This document shows, piece after piece, positions 30,276 to 39,335 of a stretch of 64,000 nt of DNA. Source of the DNA: Acidimicrobiales bacterium. Its GTDB lineage: Bacteria; Actinomycetota; Acidimicrobiia; Acidimicrobiales; Aldehydirespiratoraceae. Below the pieces are notes generated by a model that saw nothing but the letters and a program-made list of their open reading frames with translations, did no database searches and was not told the origin of the DNA. The DNA is taken from NCBI GenBank assembly GCA_029263175.1, contig JAJCXZ010000081.1, positions 2,851-66,850 of the forward strand, read 5' to 3'. The first letter of the stretch is position 1, and the number at the start of each line of letters is the position of its first letter. Both the position numbers and the translations under genes were made by a program.

Positions 30276-32891
30276 CTAGGAGGGGCCCGCTGCCGGTGTC
30301 GTTTCGGGCGGGGTCGACACACCGGGGCCGCTGAGGTAGCACCGGAGGTCGGCAAGTGCCATTGGTTTGGCGAAGAAAAAACCCTGCGCACGATCACACC
30401 CGAGCAGGGAGAGCTGGGTGAGAGCCTCGTTGGTTTCGACCCCTTCGGCAACCACTTCGAGACCGAGGTTGTGGGCGAGCGAGATGATCGAGCGGACGAT
30501 GGCGGACGCGGCTTCGTCTCCTGCAGCCATGCCCTGAACAAACGACTTGTCGATCTTCACTTCGCTCACCGGGAGGCTCTGCAGGTTCGACAACGAGGAG
30601 TGGCCGGTGCCGAAGTCATCGACCGCACTTCGGACTCCGAACTCGCCGAGTCGGCCGAGTACGTTGTGGGCGAGCAGCGGGTCGTCCATGACCTGGGTCT
30701 CGGTGAGTTCGATTGTGAGCCGATCTCCGGGAAGGCCGGCGTCTTCCGTCAGCGACCGGACCGCGTCGACCAACACCGGCTCGTAGAGGTTGCGGACCGA
30801 CACGTTGATCGACACGCCCACGAGATACCCCTCGGCGTTCAGCTGCGCAGTGTCGTGGATTGCTCGGTGGAGGACCCATCGTGTCAACGGGCGGATGAGA
30901 CCGGATACCTCGGCCAGGTCGATGAACTCTCCGGGGTTGACGAGACCGCGCTCCGGGTGATTCCAGCGCACGAGCGCTTCAACGCTGTTGACGTGGCCCG
31001 TATCGAGGCTGACTGCCGGCTGATAGTGGATCTCGAGGCGGTCCTGCGTGATCGCCTCGCGCAACTCGGTGACGAGCGTGAGACGCTGAAGGTTGGGCTG
31101 ATCGCGCTCGGGGTCATAGACGGCGATGCCTCCACCCCGTCGCTTGGCCACATACATGGCGATGTCGGCGTGCTTGCGCAACGCATCAGCGGAGTCGCCA
31201 TGGTCGGGATAGAGGGCAACCCCAAGACTGGCGCCGGTTTGAAGGCTCATGCCATCTATCTCCATCGGCTCCTCGAAGCACGCTAGGACTCGCTCGGCGG
31301 CTCGAAGGGTGCGGCGCGGCGACACATCGTCGGTGAGGAGAACCGCGAACTCGTCGCCTCCCAGCCGGGCGACGGTGTCGACGGCGCGCACGACTCCTTG
31401 GATGCGATCGGCGACGGCGCAGAGGAGCCGGTCGCCCTCATCGTGGCCGAGCGTGTCGTTGACCTCTTTGAACTGGTTGAGGTCCAGCATCAACAGGCCC
31501 ACGGAACTGTGGTCTCGCCCGGCGGCGTCGAGGGCATGGCGGAGTCGATCCTCCAACAATGTGCGGTTCGGAAGCCCGGTGAGAGCATCGTGCAGCGCTT
31601 GATGGCGGAGGCGGGCGGCCGTGGTGACTCGCTCGGTGACATCGACCACGTTCATCCCGATCAACACATCGGAGATGGGGAACGCCTCGAGCGAGAGAAT
31701 TCGATCTCCACCGTTGCGGAGATCGCCGGCCTCTTCGACACGACGGGCCTGGCCCGCTTCGGCCACCTGAAGAAGGACTCGACGCACGTCGACCCAGCCG
31801 GGCCCGGTTATGGGACTGGCGACGCTATTGCTGACAAGGGCGGTGGCACTCAGCCCGGTCAGCTTCTCATAGGCGGGGTTGACCGACAGGGTCGTGAAGA
31901 TCGTGTCGCCATTGACGTTCTCGGCCTGAGCAACCACGAGCCCCACGGGCACCCGCTCGACGAGCTCGGCGAGATTGCGGTTTGACTCCCGGACCCGAAC
32001 CTCGTCGGTGATGTCGGTGACGACGCCTCGAGCGGTCGTGGGTTTGCCGTTGGCATCGGTCTCTACGCGAACGCGGTCGCGTACGTGGCGCAAACTGCCG
32101 TCAGCCGCGGTGAGCCGATAGATGAGCTCATGGTCCTCGCCGGCTTCGATGAGGGTCTGGGATCGGTTGACGACCGTCGATCGATCAAACGCGGGAAGCC
32201 GCTGAAGCCAGGCACCAGGCCCGGTGACGTCGGCGACCGGGAGGCCGAGGATGCCCTCGACCCGCCCTGACACCTCCGCATCGACGAACGGGTATGGATG
32301 CGCCTCCCAAACGACAGCGTCGATGCCATCGAGCAGTTCGTCGCGTCGCTGTCGCTCGTGGCGCTCCGATGACGAGATGACGGAGATGAAGTACGCCATG
32401 CCGAGCGCGGTGGACAGGTAGGTGGCCATGATGATGACCGAATCATCGACTGCTCGAACGGCGAGGGCCGCGCCGATGAAGGGTGCGCCACCAACGGTGG
32501 CCGCAACCGTTGGCCGCCATCCGGCAGTCGCTGCGACGCTGGTGGAGGCCATCAGTAGCACAGCTGCTGCCGCTGCTGTGTTGGGATCAATCAACACGCC
32601 GAGACTGAGCAGGACACTGTCGCTCAGCACGATTGCCCAGGGATGGGGGCGGATCAGATCAACTCGTTCACGAACGACCAGGTTGATCGGGAGCCCGACG
32701 AGCAGCAGCACCAGCGTGATGAAGGGTTCGATGTCCACGAACGGTGTGATCGAGACCACGCCCAGGGTGACCAACCCCACGCAGCGCACGGTGAAGAACA
32801 GGCGCCAGAGTTCACGCTCGAACTCGCGATGATTCGTGGAGTCTTCGGTCATCTGATCGCCCCGCCCGGGCGGCCGCCTTTCCTTCGACAT
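30276..32891 (-). CDS. membrane-anchored PAS/GGDEF/EAL signalling protein (c-di-GMP turnover)
   Basis: N-terminal TM block, RLGGDEFAVLL (GGDEF), SVEALVRW (EAL), DDFGTGHSSL; start may be ATG 32852 instead. Confidence 0.85.
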   Translation of the reverse strand: MSKERRPPGRGDQMTEDSTNHREFERELWRLFFTVRCVGLVTLGVVSITPFVDIEPFITLVLLLVGLPINLVVRERVDLIRPHPWAIVLSDSVLLSLGVLIDPNTAAAAAVLLMASTSVAATAGWRPTVAATVGGAPFIGAALAVRAVDDSVIIMATYLSTALGMAYFISVISSSERHERQRRDELLDGIDAVVWEAHPYPFVDAEVSGRVEGILGLPVADVTGPGAWLQRLPAFDRSTVVNRSQTLIEAGEDHELIYRLTAADGSLRHVRDRVRVETDANGKPTTARGVVTDITDEVRVRESNRNLAELVERVPVGLVVAQAENVNGDTIFTTLSVNPAYEKLTGLSATALVSNSVASPITGPGWVDVRRVLLQVAEAGQARRVEEAGDLRNGGDRILSLEAFPISDVLIGMNVVDVTERVTTAARLRHQALHDALTGLPNRTLLEDRLRHALDAAGRDHSSVGLLMLDLNQFKEVNDTLGHDEGDRLLCAVADRIQGVVRAVDTVARLGGDEFAVLLTDDVSPRRTLRAAERVLACFEEPMEIDGMSLQTGASLGVALYPDHGDSADALRKHADIAMYVAKRRGGGIAVYDPERDQPNLQRLTLVTELREAITQDRLEIHYQPAVSLDTGHVNSVEALVRWNHPERGLVNPGEFIDLAEVSGLIRPLTRWVLHRAIHDTAQLNAEGYLVGVSINVSVRNLYEPVLVDAVRSLTEDAGLPGDRLTIELTETQVMDDPLLAHNVLGRLGEFGVRSAVDDFGTGHSSLSNLQSLPVSEVKIDKSFVQGMAAGDEAASAIVRSIISLAHNLGLEVVAEGVETNEALTQLSLLGCDRAQGFFFAKPMALADLRCYLSGPGVSTPPETTPAAGPS

Positions 32892-32931
32892 CCATCGGCT
32901 CTCGAAGGGGGGATCATGAGCGGGAGAGGCG

Positions 32932-33837
32932 GTGGAAAACTTGTGGATTTCTGCAACCTACGATTGGGGTGTGACGGTGCGTGTCGACAAGCCCTCTGAC
33001 CTGCGCGAGCCGGTGCTTGCCTGGGGTGCATCAAACCTTCGCGATCTGCCTTGGCGTCGGACTCGTGACCCGTGGACGATCCTGGTCTCGGAAACGATGC
33101 TTCAGCAGACTCAAGTGGCTCGAGTGGTGGCGCGGCTTGCTGAGTTCCTCGACCAGTTTCCTGACGCCTCAGCCTGCGCCGCAGTCAGCGCCGGCGATGT
33201 TGTGACGGCCTGGGCCGGCCTCGGGTACAACCGGAGACCGCTGATGCTTCACCGTGCGGCCACCCAGATTGTCGCCGTTCACGCTGGTGAGGTCCCGTCC
33301 GACTTCGAGGCGCTGCTCGCACTGCCGGGAGTCGGGCCCTACACGGCGCGAGCCGTGAGGGCGTTTGCGTTCGAGCTCTCCGCGGCAGTCGTGGACACCA
33401 ACATCGGGCGTGTCTACGCCCGCGTCCAGGGAAGCAAGCTCACCGCCCGCGAGGTGCAGGCGTTTGCCGACGAGGCATCGTCAGACGATCAGCCGTGGCT
33501 CTGGAATCAGTCGGTCATGGAACTCGGCGCACTCATCTGTACCAAGCAGGCTCCCTCGTGCGGTGCTTGCCCCATCAGGGAGATCTGCGCGTGGGCAGGG
33601 GAGGGCGATGACCCGGCTCAGGGCTCGGCGGCGGTCTCGGTGTCACAGGCGCGGTTCGAAGGAAGCGACCGTCAGCTGCGTGGGCGACTGGTCGACGTCC
33701 TGCGCTCGGCTCCGGTCCCGTTGAGCAAGCTCGCGGCGACCATGAAGACCGATCCCACCCGCGCCGAGAAGATCCTGGCCGGCCTCCAGCGGGACGGCCT
33801 TGTCGTCACCACCAACGACCACGCGAGGTTGCCCTAA
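32932..33837 (+). CDS. HhH-GPD base-excision glycosylase, MutY-like (4Fe-4S loop)
   Basis: LPGVGPYTARAV helix-hairpin-helix, C-x6-C-x2-C-x5-C (CTKQAPSCGACPIREIC); TAA stop lies inside the REP arm; start uncertain. Confidence 0.75.
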   Translation: MENLWISATYDWGVTVRVDKPSDLREPVLAWGASNLRDLPWRRTRDPWTILVSETMLQQTQVARVVARLAEFLDQFPDASACAAVSAGDVVTAWAGLGYNRRPLMLHRAATQIVAVHAGEVPSDFEALLALPGVGPYTARAVRAFAFELSAAVVDTNIGRVYARVQGSKLTAREVQAFADEASSDDQPWLWNQSVMELGALICTKQAPSCGACPIREICAWAGEGDDPAQGSAAVSVSQARFEGSDRQLRGRLVDVLRSAPVPLSKLAATMKTDPTRAEKILAGLQRDGLVVTTNDHARLP

Positions 33838-33870
33838 CGCACGCTGGGGACAGACCCCAGTGTGCGTTAG
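33834..33870. repeat. REP-like palindromic element
   Basis: CTAACGCACGCTGGGG-ACAGA-CCCCAGTGTGCGTTAG; both arms provide TAA stops (mutY-like on +, RAYT on -). Confidence 0.85.
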
Positions 33871-34694
33871 CGATTGAGAATCGAGCGGAGCCGCTGCCAT
33901 GTCTCGGCAAAAGTTGAATCTGCCTGTCGACAGTCTCGGGCCCGCCGGGCAGCTGAACGGACCGTGGACGCCGTGGTGAATCCGAACGACCCGACGAGGG
34001 AACCCGGCTTCATCCCCGCCAGTTCCACGAGTCCCAGGACGAGTAGCAGGCGGGCGTCGTTGCGATGATGCCGGCGAGTGCTGAACAACTCTGCGTGGGT
34101 CGCGTCGGTCAACTCCATCACGGCGAGAATCACATCCTCTCTCGCGGATGTGGTGTCCTCAGGCCGATCGGCCTCGACGAACGACCGATAGCCGGCGGGC
34201 CCGTTCAGCATCTCGAGGACAGTGTCGGTGTGGAGCCACGATGGTGGCCGTCGGAGACCGAGGTAGCTGCGGTGGCTCGACCAGTGATAGTCGGCGAGTT
34301 GGTCGACCTCTGAGATGTCGAGCGGGTTGCGAGCGACGTAGCGAATGACCGTCAGCAGCTGTCGGTCATCGGTGATTGGCTCTGATCCGAAACGCCCGCG
34401 AAACAGCGGACCGTCGACCTCATGGTGATGGTTGAACTGCTGGGTGTACATCTGGCCGATGTATCCGATGGCTCGAGAGAGGTTGGCTTTCGGGGCACGG
34501 GTCACCAGGTGGTAGTGATTGCCCATCAGACAGAACCCGTGGATCTCGATGCCATAGCTGTCAACCGCGGTTTGCAGCAGCCCAACGAACGCCCGTCGAT
34601 CATCGTCGGTCTGAAAGATCGGCCAACGACGCGCGCCGCGGTTGAAGACGTGGTCCCAGTTTCCCTCTGCTGATGATCGAGCATGACGAGCCAT
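33867..34694 (-). CDS. REP-associated tyrosine transposase-like (IS200/Y1_Tnp family) protein
   Basis: Start ATG 34694 (MARHARSS...); HUH motif GNHYHLV, catalytic-Tyr region IRYVARNP; longer ORF-track version reads through the upstream REP and is rejected. Confidence 0.75.
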   Translation of the reverse strand: MARHARSSAEGNWDHVFNRGARRWPIFQTDDDRRAFVGLLQTAVDSYGIEIHGFCLMGNHYHLVTRAPKANLSRAIGYIGQMYTQQFNHHHEVDGPLFRGRFGSEPITDDRQLLTVIRYVARNPLDISEVDQLADYHWSSHRSYLGLRRPPSWLHTDTVLEMLNGPAGYRSFVEADRPEDTTSAREDVILAVMELTDATHAELFSTRRHHRNDARLLLVLGLVELAGMKPGSLVGSFGFTTASTVRSAARRARDCRQADSTFAETWQRLRSILNR

Positions 34695-34744
34695 GCCCGA
34701 GCAACCTAGGCCGACGGTGTGACAGCGCCCCGTCGAGTGAGTCT

Positions 34745-34781
34745 CTAACGCACGCTGGGGTCTGTCCCCAGTGTGCGTTAG
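34745..34781. repeat. REP-like palindromic element
   Basis: CTAACGCACGCTGGGG-TCTGT-CCCCAGTGTGCGTTAG; right arm holds the TAA stop of the UGSC gene. Confidence 0.85.
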
Positions 34782-35308
34782 AGCCCGGTGAGCGACGCGA
34801 TCAGTTCGTCGACCGCTTTGTCGGCGATCTCCCGCATCTCGTCGTCGGTGCGGTCCTGGATCGGATGCTCGGTGTAGACACGAGCGGGTTCGATCCCGAG
34901 GCTCGCCGCCTGTGCTTCCGCGGCAGAAGTGAATTCGACCGTGGCCACGAACACGCCGGGGATTCCGCGGCGCTCGAGATCGCTGATGTCGTGCACACTG
35001 CACGACGTGCAACTTCCTCAATCGGCCAATGCTTCGATCACCGCATCACATGACGTGGCGATCTCATGGCGCAGGTCGACAGGGGCAGGCTTGGCAAATG
35101 TCGGCTTCGCGAAGCGCTTCACCTCGGCGCCGACAGCAGTCAGCCGCTCTTCGATCTGATCGAGGAAGACGTTGCCGCGTGCCTTGGAGATGTCGAGCAA
35201 ACCAACGGTGAGACCGTTGAGAGACTCCGGTCGAGTGACCAGTTCGCGGTGCTGAGGCTTCAGCTCTCCGGTGGGATCCAGAACGACGGTGTTCGCAGAC
35301 GTGCTCAT
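34778..35308 (-). CDS. UGSC-motif selenoprotein (in-frame TGA at 35018..35020)
   Basis: ORFs 35018..35308 and 34778..34996 are in the same frame, separated only by TGA: ...CDAVIEALAD-U-GSCTSCSVHDISDLERRG...; SECIS-like hairpin 11 nt 3' of UGA; ATG overlaps upstream stop (ATGA). Confidence 0.75.
34988..35006 (-). promoter_or_regulatory. putative bacterial SECIS hairpin (UGSC gene)
   Basis: mRNA GUCGUGCA-GUG-UGCACGAC, 19 nt, begins at nt 12 after UGA. Confidence 0.6.
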
Positions 35309-36759
35309 CGGGTGATCTCCTTCGTGACGGTGACACTACCTGTGCCGCCTGCTACCCATCCACCGAACGTCATGGAGAAAAGGCCGGCATTGCTGCCGGC
35401 GTGAACGACATGAATGCCGCCCGGTGGGAACTTCGGGACCTGGATGCCGGCAAACGCTTCGGGAAGTCCCTCTCCGATGCCATCGGCACCATGGATGATC
35501 TCGTCGGCCTCGATCATGAGATGGCGCTCGAGTTCCTCCAGGAAACGTACGCGGTCCCAACCGGCGTCTTTGAAGCGAGCCATGTGTTCGGGGCCGATCA
35601 CCAGCATCGTTTCGAATCCCATGGCGAGACGGGGGCTGATGTTGGCGCGCAGGGCCAGTGCCATGTGCTTGACCAGTGAGTCAGCCGATCGGGAGATCTG
35701 ATCGAAGATGATGCGAGGGGATTCGCCGGAGAACAGCGTCACGGTCGACTGGTCGACGGAGAACCCTCGACTCTCGGCCAACGAGGTCCACGGCGACCCC
35801 TCCTCGTCCTCGGGAAAGGCCAAGCCGATCTTGTGCGGGCTGCCGTGAGTCGATCGGTCGACGCCACCGGGCTTGCCGCCGCCGACATTGGAGATCACCA
35901 ACTGCAGCGCGCGCCCGATCGTGGAGTTGGCCCGGTTGCCTTGGCCAAGCACGTTCATCCCGCTGTTCATGCCGATCTCACGACGGATCGGTCCGTTGAC
36001 GATGATGACCGGACCCGTCGGCATCGTGGTGGCCAGGAGACCGTGCATGTTGAACTCGTCGGTGCATGCGGCCTCGACCGCGGCGATGACGACAGGTAGG
36101 TACTCAGGCAGACAACCAGCCATCACCGCGTTGACCGCGATCTTCTCGACAGTGCACTCGACGAGGTCGGGGGGCACGATCGCCACGACGTCCTGAGGGT
36201 CCCTACTCGTGCCCTGGAGCATGCGGAGAACGCGCGCCTCGGTCGGAGGGACGACCGGCAGGCCATCGCTCCAGTCCCGGTCGTACATCGCTTCCCACTC
36301 GTCTTCGAGCGCGGCGATCTCCACTCGGCGGCTGTTCATCGTCGACTTCGAGAACCGAACGGCCAGCTCATCAGTGCGAGACGGATCGACGCTCAGCGAA
36401 CCGCAGCCGGGCCGCCATTCGGGAAGGTCGGGGCCGAGACCATCGACCCCGGTGAGCGACTCCCAGTCCTCACGAGACCAGCCTTCGATCTGGGTCGTGG
36501 CTGCCCCGTCTGCGACTCGCAGCAGGGTCGGCACGGTCACGATGTCGTGGTGCCAGGAGAGGGCGAGGTCCTGGTCGAACACGACCCAATCGGCGGCCGC
36601 GGGAAAGTCGGGATTGTCCTGCGTGATCACGGTGATGTCGGCCCGCTCGGCCAGGTCGGCGAGCACCGGAGCGACCAGCACGCACGTCGGGCAATCTTCC
36701 TTGACGATGGCTACCAACCCGTCGGGCAGCGGCGGTCGAGTCGTTGCATCAGCGCTCAT
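35305..36759 (-). CDS. thioredoxin-like (CPTC) domain fused to a large uncharacterised domain
   Basis: Start ATG 36759 (MSADATTRPP...); N-terminal VKEDCPTCVLVAP...VPTLL Trx-like module; about 370-aa C-terminal part not recognised; translationally coupled to the UGSC gene. Confidence 0.6.
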   Translation of the reverse strand: MSADATTRPPLPDGLVAIVKEDCPTCVLVAPVLADLAERADITVITQDNPDFPAAADWVVFDQDLALSWHHDIVTVPTLLRVADGAATTQIEGWSREDWESLTGVDGLGPDLPEWRPGCGSLSVDPSRTDELAVRFSKSTMNSRRVEIAALEDEWEAMYDRDWSDGLPVVPPTEARVLRMLQGTSRDPQDVVAIVPPDLVECTVEKIAVNAVMAGCLPEYLPVVIAAVEAACTDEFNMHGLLATTMPTGPVIIVNGPIRREIGMNSGMNVLGQGNRANSTIGRALQLVISNVGGGKPGGVDRSTHGSPHKIGLAFPEDEEGSPWTSLAESRGFSVDQSTVTLFSGESPRIIFDQISRSADSLVKHMALALRANISPRLAMGFETMLVIGPEHMARFKDAGWDRVRFLEELERHLMIEADEIIHGADGIGEGLPEAFAGIQVPKFPPGGIHVVHAGSNAGLFSMTFGGWVAGGTGSVTVTKEITR

Positions 36760-36849
36760 CGCCCCACTCTGGCACACCGAAAGAATGGTGAGATATTCGT
36801 CACACACATCTCGACGGCTGTGGACAACCTGGCTACCTTGGGCGAGGTA

Positions 36850-37710
36850 ATGGGGGAATTCCGAGAAGCAGTCACGATTGCGTTCCATGGTGTTCGCGGG
36901 TCGACGCCCTGCAGCTGTCCGCAACTGCAGCGCTATGGCGGCAATACGTCGTGCGTCACGATCGAGACCCCAGGGCACGATCCGATCGTTCTCGACCTCG
37001 GCACCGGACTGCGGATGTGGGGAGCTTCGCTCGGCCGCCCCGAGTCGCTCACGGTCCACGCGCTGGTCACCCATCTGCACTGGGACCACGTCCAGGGCCT
37101 GCCGTTCTTCAAGCCCCTGCAGTGCGACTCCACCACCCTCAACGTCTACGGACCGGGCGAGGGCGGCGAGTCGTTGGGGGAGTGCTTCAATCGGTTCATG
37201 ACACCCCCGTTCTTCCCGATTCAACCGAAAGACCTGCCCGCCACCGTCGAGTTCCGCGATGCGCTGTGCAGCGACTTCACCATCGGTGATGCATCGATCA
37301 TGGCGCGACCGGTTCCACACACCGGACCCACCGCCGGTTATCGCGTGACCTACGGCGATCTGGCGGTCGCCTATGTGCCCGACCACCAGCAGCCGGTCGA
37401 CACGTCCGTCGTGGCCGAGTCAGTGCTCGAGCTCTGCGACGGTGTCGACCTGCTCATCCACGATGCGCAGCTTCGTGCCGATGAATTCCCCGACAAGTCC
37501 GACTGGGGTCACTGCACCCCGGCCTACGCCGTCGAGGTTGCTCGGCAAAGCGGCGCGAAGTCGTTGGTGCTCTTCCACCATGACCCTGGCCACGACGATG
37601 CCGAACTCGATCGCATGACCGAGAGAGCTCGAGAGATCGCCGGCGCTGACGGGGTATCGGTCATCGCCGCCACCGAAGGCCTGAAGCTCACCCTCGGCGC
37701 CGGTCTCTGA
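36850..37710 (+). CDS. MBL-fold metallo-hydrolase
   Basis: Start ATG 36850 (MGEFREAVTIAFHGVRGS...); HLHWDH (HxHxDH) and later His/Asp ligands (HDAQ, FHHDP). Confidence 0.8.
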   Translation: MGEFREAVTIAFHGVRGSTPCSCPQLQRYGGNTSCVTIETPGHDPIVLDLGTGLRMWGASLGRPESLTVHALVTHLHWDHVQGLPFFKPLQCDSTTLNVYGPGEGGESLGECFNRFMTPPFFPIQPKDLPATVEFRDALCSDFTIGDASIMARPVPHTGPTAGYRVTYGDLAVAYVPDHQQPVDTSVVAESVLELCDGVDLLIHDAQLRADEFPDKSDWGHCTPAYAVEVARQSGAKSLVLFHHDPGHDDAELDRMTERAREIAGADGVSVIAATEGLKLTLGAGL

Positions 37711-37766
37711 TCCGCTGGGGTGGGGCGCTACTCTCTGCCTCACTCGACCGAGAACTGGAGACCGAT

Positions 37767-38261
37767 ATGTCGTTCGATGGCGCTGACTTCCGGCGCGTGC
37801 TTGGCCACTTTCCCACTGGTGTCACCGTGGTGACCGCGATGGACGACGAGGGCCCCGCAGGCATGGCGATCGGCTCGTTCGCTTCGGTCTCGCTCGACCC
37901 GCCTCTCGTGATGTTCTGCCCCGCCAAGGACTCCGGCAGCTGGCTTCGGATGAAGGACGCCGGCAGCTTCTGTGTGAACGTGCTCGGCGCCGACCAGGCC
38001 GCGACGTGTGGCCTCTTCGCCGGTCGTGCCGAAGACAAGTTCGAGGACATCTCGTGGACGACCGATGCCACGGGAGCTCCGGTCATCCCCGGATCGATAG
38101 CGGTCATGGATTGCGAGCTCCACGCCATACACGATGGCGGTGATCACGACATCGTTGTGGGCCTCGTGAAGTCGCTGTGGACCGACCCGGGCCTCGAAGA
38201 GGATCCTCGTGGTCCGCTCCTGTTCTTTCAGGGCCGCCTCGGACAGTTCCAGGACTTCTAG
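37767..38261 (+). CDS. flavin reductase family (HpaC/NADH:flavin oxidoreductase small component-like)
   Basis: FRRVLGHFPTGVTVVT and SFASVSLDPPLV motifs. Confidence 0.8.
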   Translation: MSFDGADFRRVLGHFPTGVTVVTAMDDEGPAGMAIGSFASVSLDPPLVMFCPAKDSGSWLRMKDAGSFCVNVLGADQAATCGLFAGRAEDKFEDISWTTDATGAPVIPGSIAVMDCELHAIHDGGDHDIVVGLVKSLWTDPGLEEDPRGPLLFFQGRLGQFQDF

Positions 38262-38779
38262 TGCCGATCTACGCCCTCGGCGATCGAGTGCCCGAGATCC
38301 ACGAATCGGCCTACATCTCGCCTGAGGCGACGCTGATCGGAAGTGTGGTCATCGGCGCCGACTCTTCGGTGTGGCCCGGTGCCGTCATCCGTGCCGACGA
38401 CAACTACATCCGCGTGGGAGAAGGCACATCGATTCAGGACGGCGCGGTGTTGCACTGCACCGCATCGCTGGAGACGGTCGTCGGCGACTACTGCACCGTT
38501 GGTCACCTCGCCCATCTCGAAGGCTGCACTGTGCACGATCACTCGTTGATCGGCTCCGGGTCGATTGTGTTGCACGAGGCGATCATCGGCCCGCACGCCC
38601 TCGTCGGCGGTGCGGCGATGGTGCCCGGCGGCGTCGAGGTGCCGCCTCGTGCGATGGCGCTCGGCGTCCCGGCGAAGATCCTTCTTGACAAGCTGCTCGA
38701 GCATCACTCTCGCGAAGGCGCCGACAGCTACATCGAGCGGAGCCGGCGATTCCGCACCGGGCTGCGGCGGGTCGACTGA
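38261..38779 (+). CDS. gamma-class carbonic anhydrase/hexapeptide-repeat family protein
   Basis: GTG 38261 overlapping upstream TAG; left-handed beta-helix repeats, SVWPGAVIRAD and IQDGAVLH motifs. Confidence 0.8.
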   Translation: MPIYALGDRVPEIHESAYISPEATLIGSVVIGADSSVWPGAVIRADDNYIRVGEGTSIQDGAVLHCTASLETVVGDYCTVGHLAHLEGCTVHDHSLIGSGSIVLHEAIIGPHALVGGAAMVPGGVEVPPRAMALGVPAKILLDKLLEHHSREGADSYIERSRRFRTGLRRVD

Positions 38780-38780
38780 C

Positions 38781-39332
38781 ATGAGCCCGGCTCCGTTTCG
38801 GATCCTGGTCATGTGCACGGCCAACGTGTGCCGTTCGCCGATGACTGAAGCATTCGTACGTCGAGCCGCGGACGCGCTCGGGGTCGATGTCGTTGTCGAC
38901 TCGGCCGGGTTTCTCTCCCAGGACGAGGAGGCGACCCCTGTGGTCGTCGAGATCATGGGGGAGCGCGGCATCGACATCTCCGGCCATCGTTCGCGCATCG
39001 TCACGGCGGAGATGGCGCACCAGGCCGACCTTGTCGTGGCCATGGAGCGGCGCCATGTTCGCGACCTCGCTCTCCTTGCCCCTGAAGCAGTTGCGCGAAT
39101 CGACACGCTCGGAGGCCTGGTCGAGCGACTTCAGGGCGTGACGGCCGAGTCGCCGGCCGGAAGAATCGCCGCTGCCACCGCACCGCGACTCGCCGGCGAC
39201 ATGCTCGGTCGAGGCGACGATGAGATCGACGATCCCTACGGCAAGTCGAAGAAGGTGAATCGAGAGACGGCCGGCCGGCTCGCCGAACTGAGCGACGCAC
39301 TCATCGCCGGACTGTTCCAGTCCGGCGTCTGA
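38781..39332 (+). CDS. low-molecular-weight protein-tyrosine/arsenate-type phosphatase
   Basis: Start ATG 38781; P-loop VMCTANVCRSPM (Cx5R[ST]); DDPYG aspartate loop. Confidence 0.8.
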   Translation: MSPAPFRILVMCTANVCRSPMTEAFVRRAADALGVDVVVDSAGFLSQDEEATPVVVEIMGERGIDISGHRSRIVTAEMAHQADLVVAMERRHVRDLALLAPEAVARIDTLGGLVERLQGVTAESPAGRIAAATAPRLAGDMLGRGDDEIDDPYGKSKKVNRETAGRLAELSDALIAGLFQSGV

Positions 39333-39335
39333 GCC

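Larger units (their letters stand above)
33834..34781 (-). mobile_element. REP - Y1 transposase (RAYT-like) - REP unit
   Basis: HUH/Y1 transposase gene bracketed by two copies of the window's palindromic repeat with inverted loop orientation (ACAGA vs TCTGT). Confidence 0.7.

Noticed and set aside
33867-35021. 384-aa version of the transposase ORF given in the track
   Set aside because: The N-terminal 109 residues would be translated through the upstream REP hairpin and antisense to the UGSC selenoprotein gene. The homology-bearing part starts at ATG 34694.
36547-36849. N-terminal 101-aa extension of the MBL-fold hydrolase ORF
   Set aside because: It overlaps the 5' part of the divergent Trx-fusion gene on the other strand. 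The MBL homology begins at ATG 36850.
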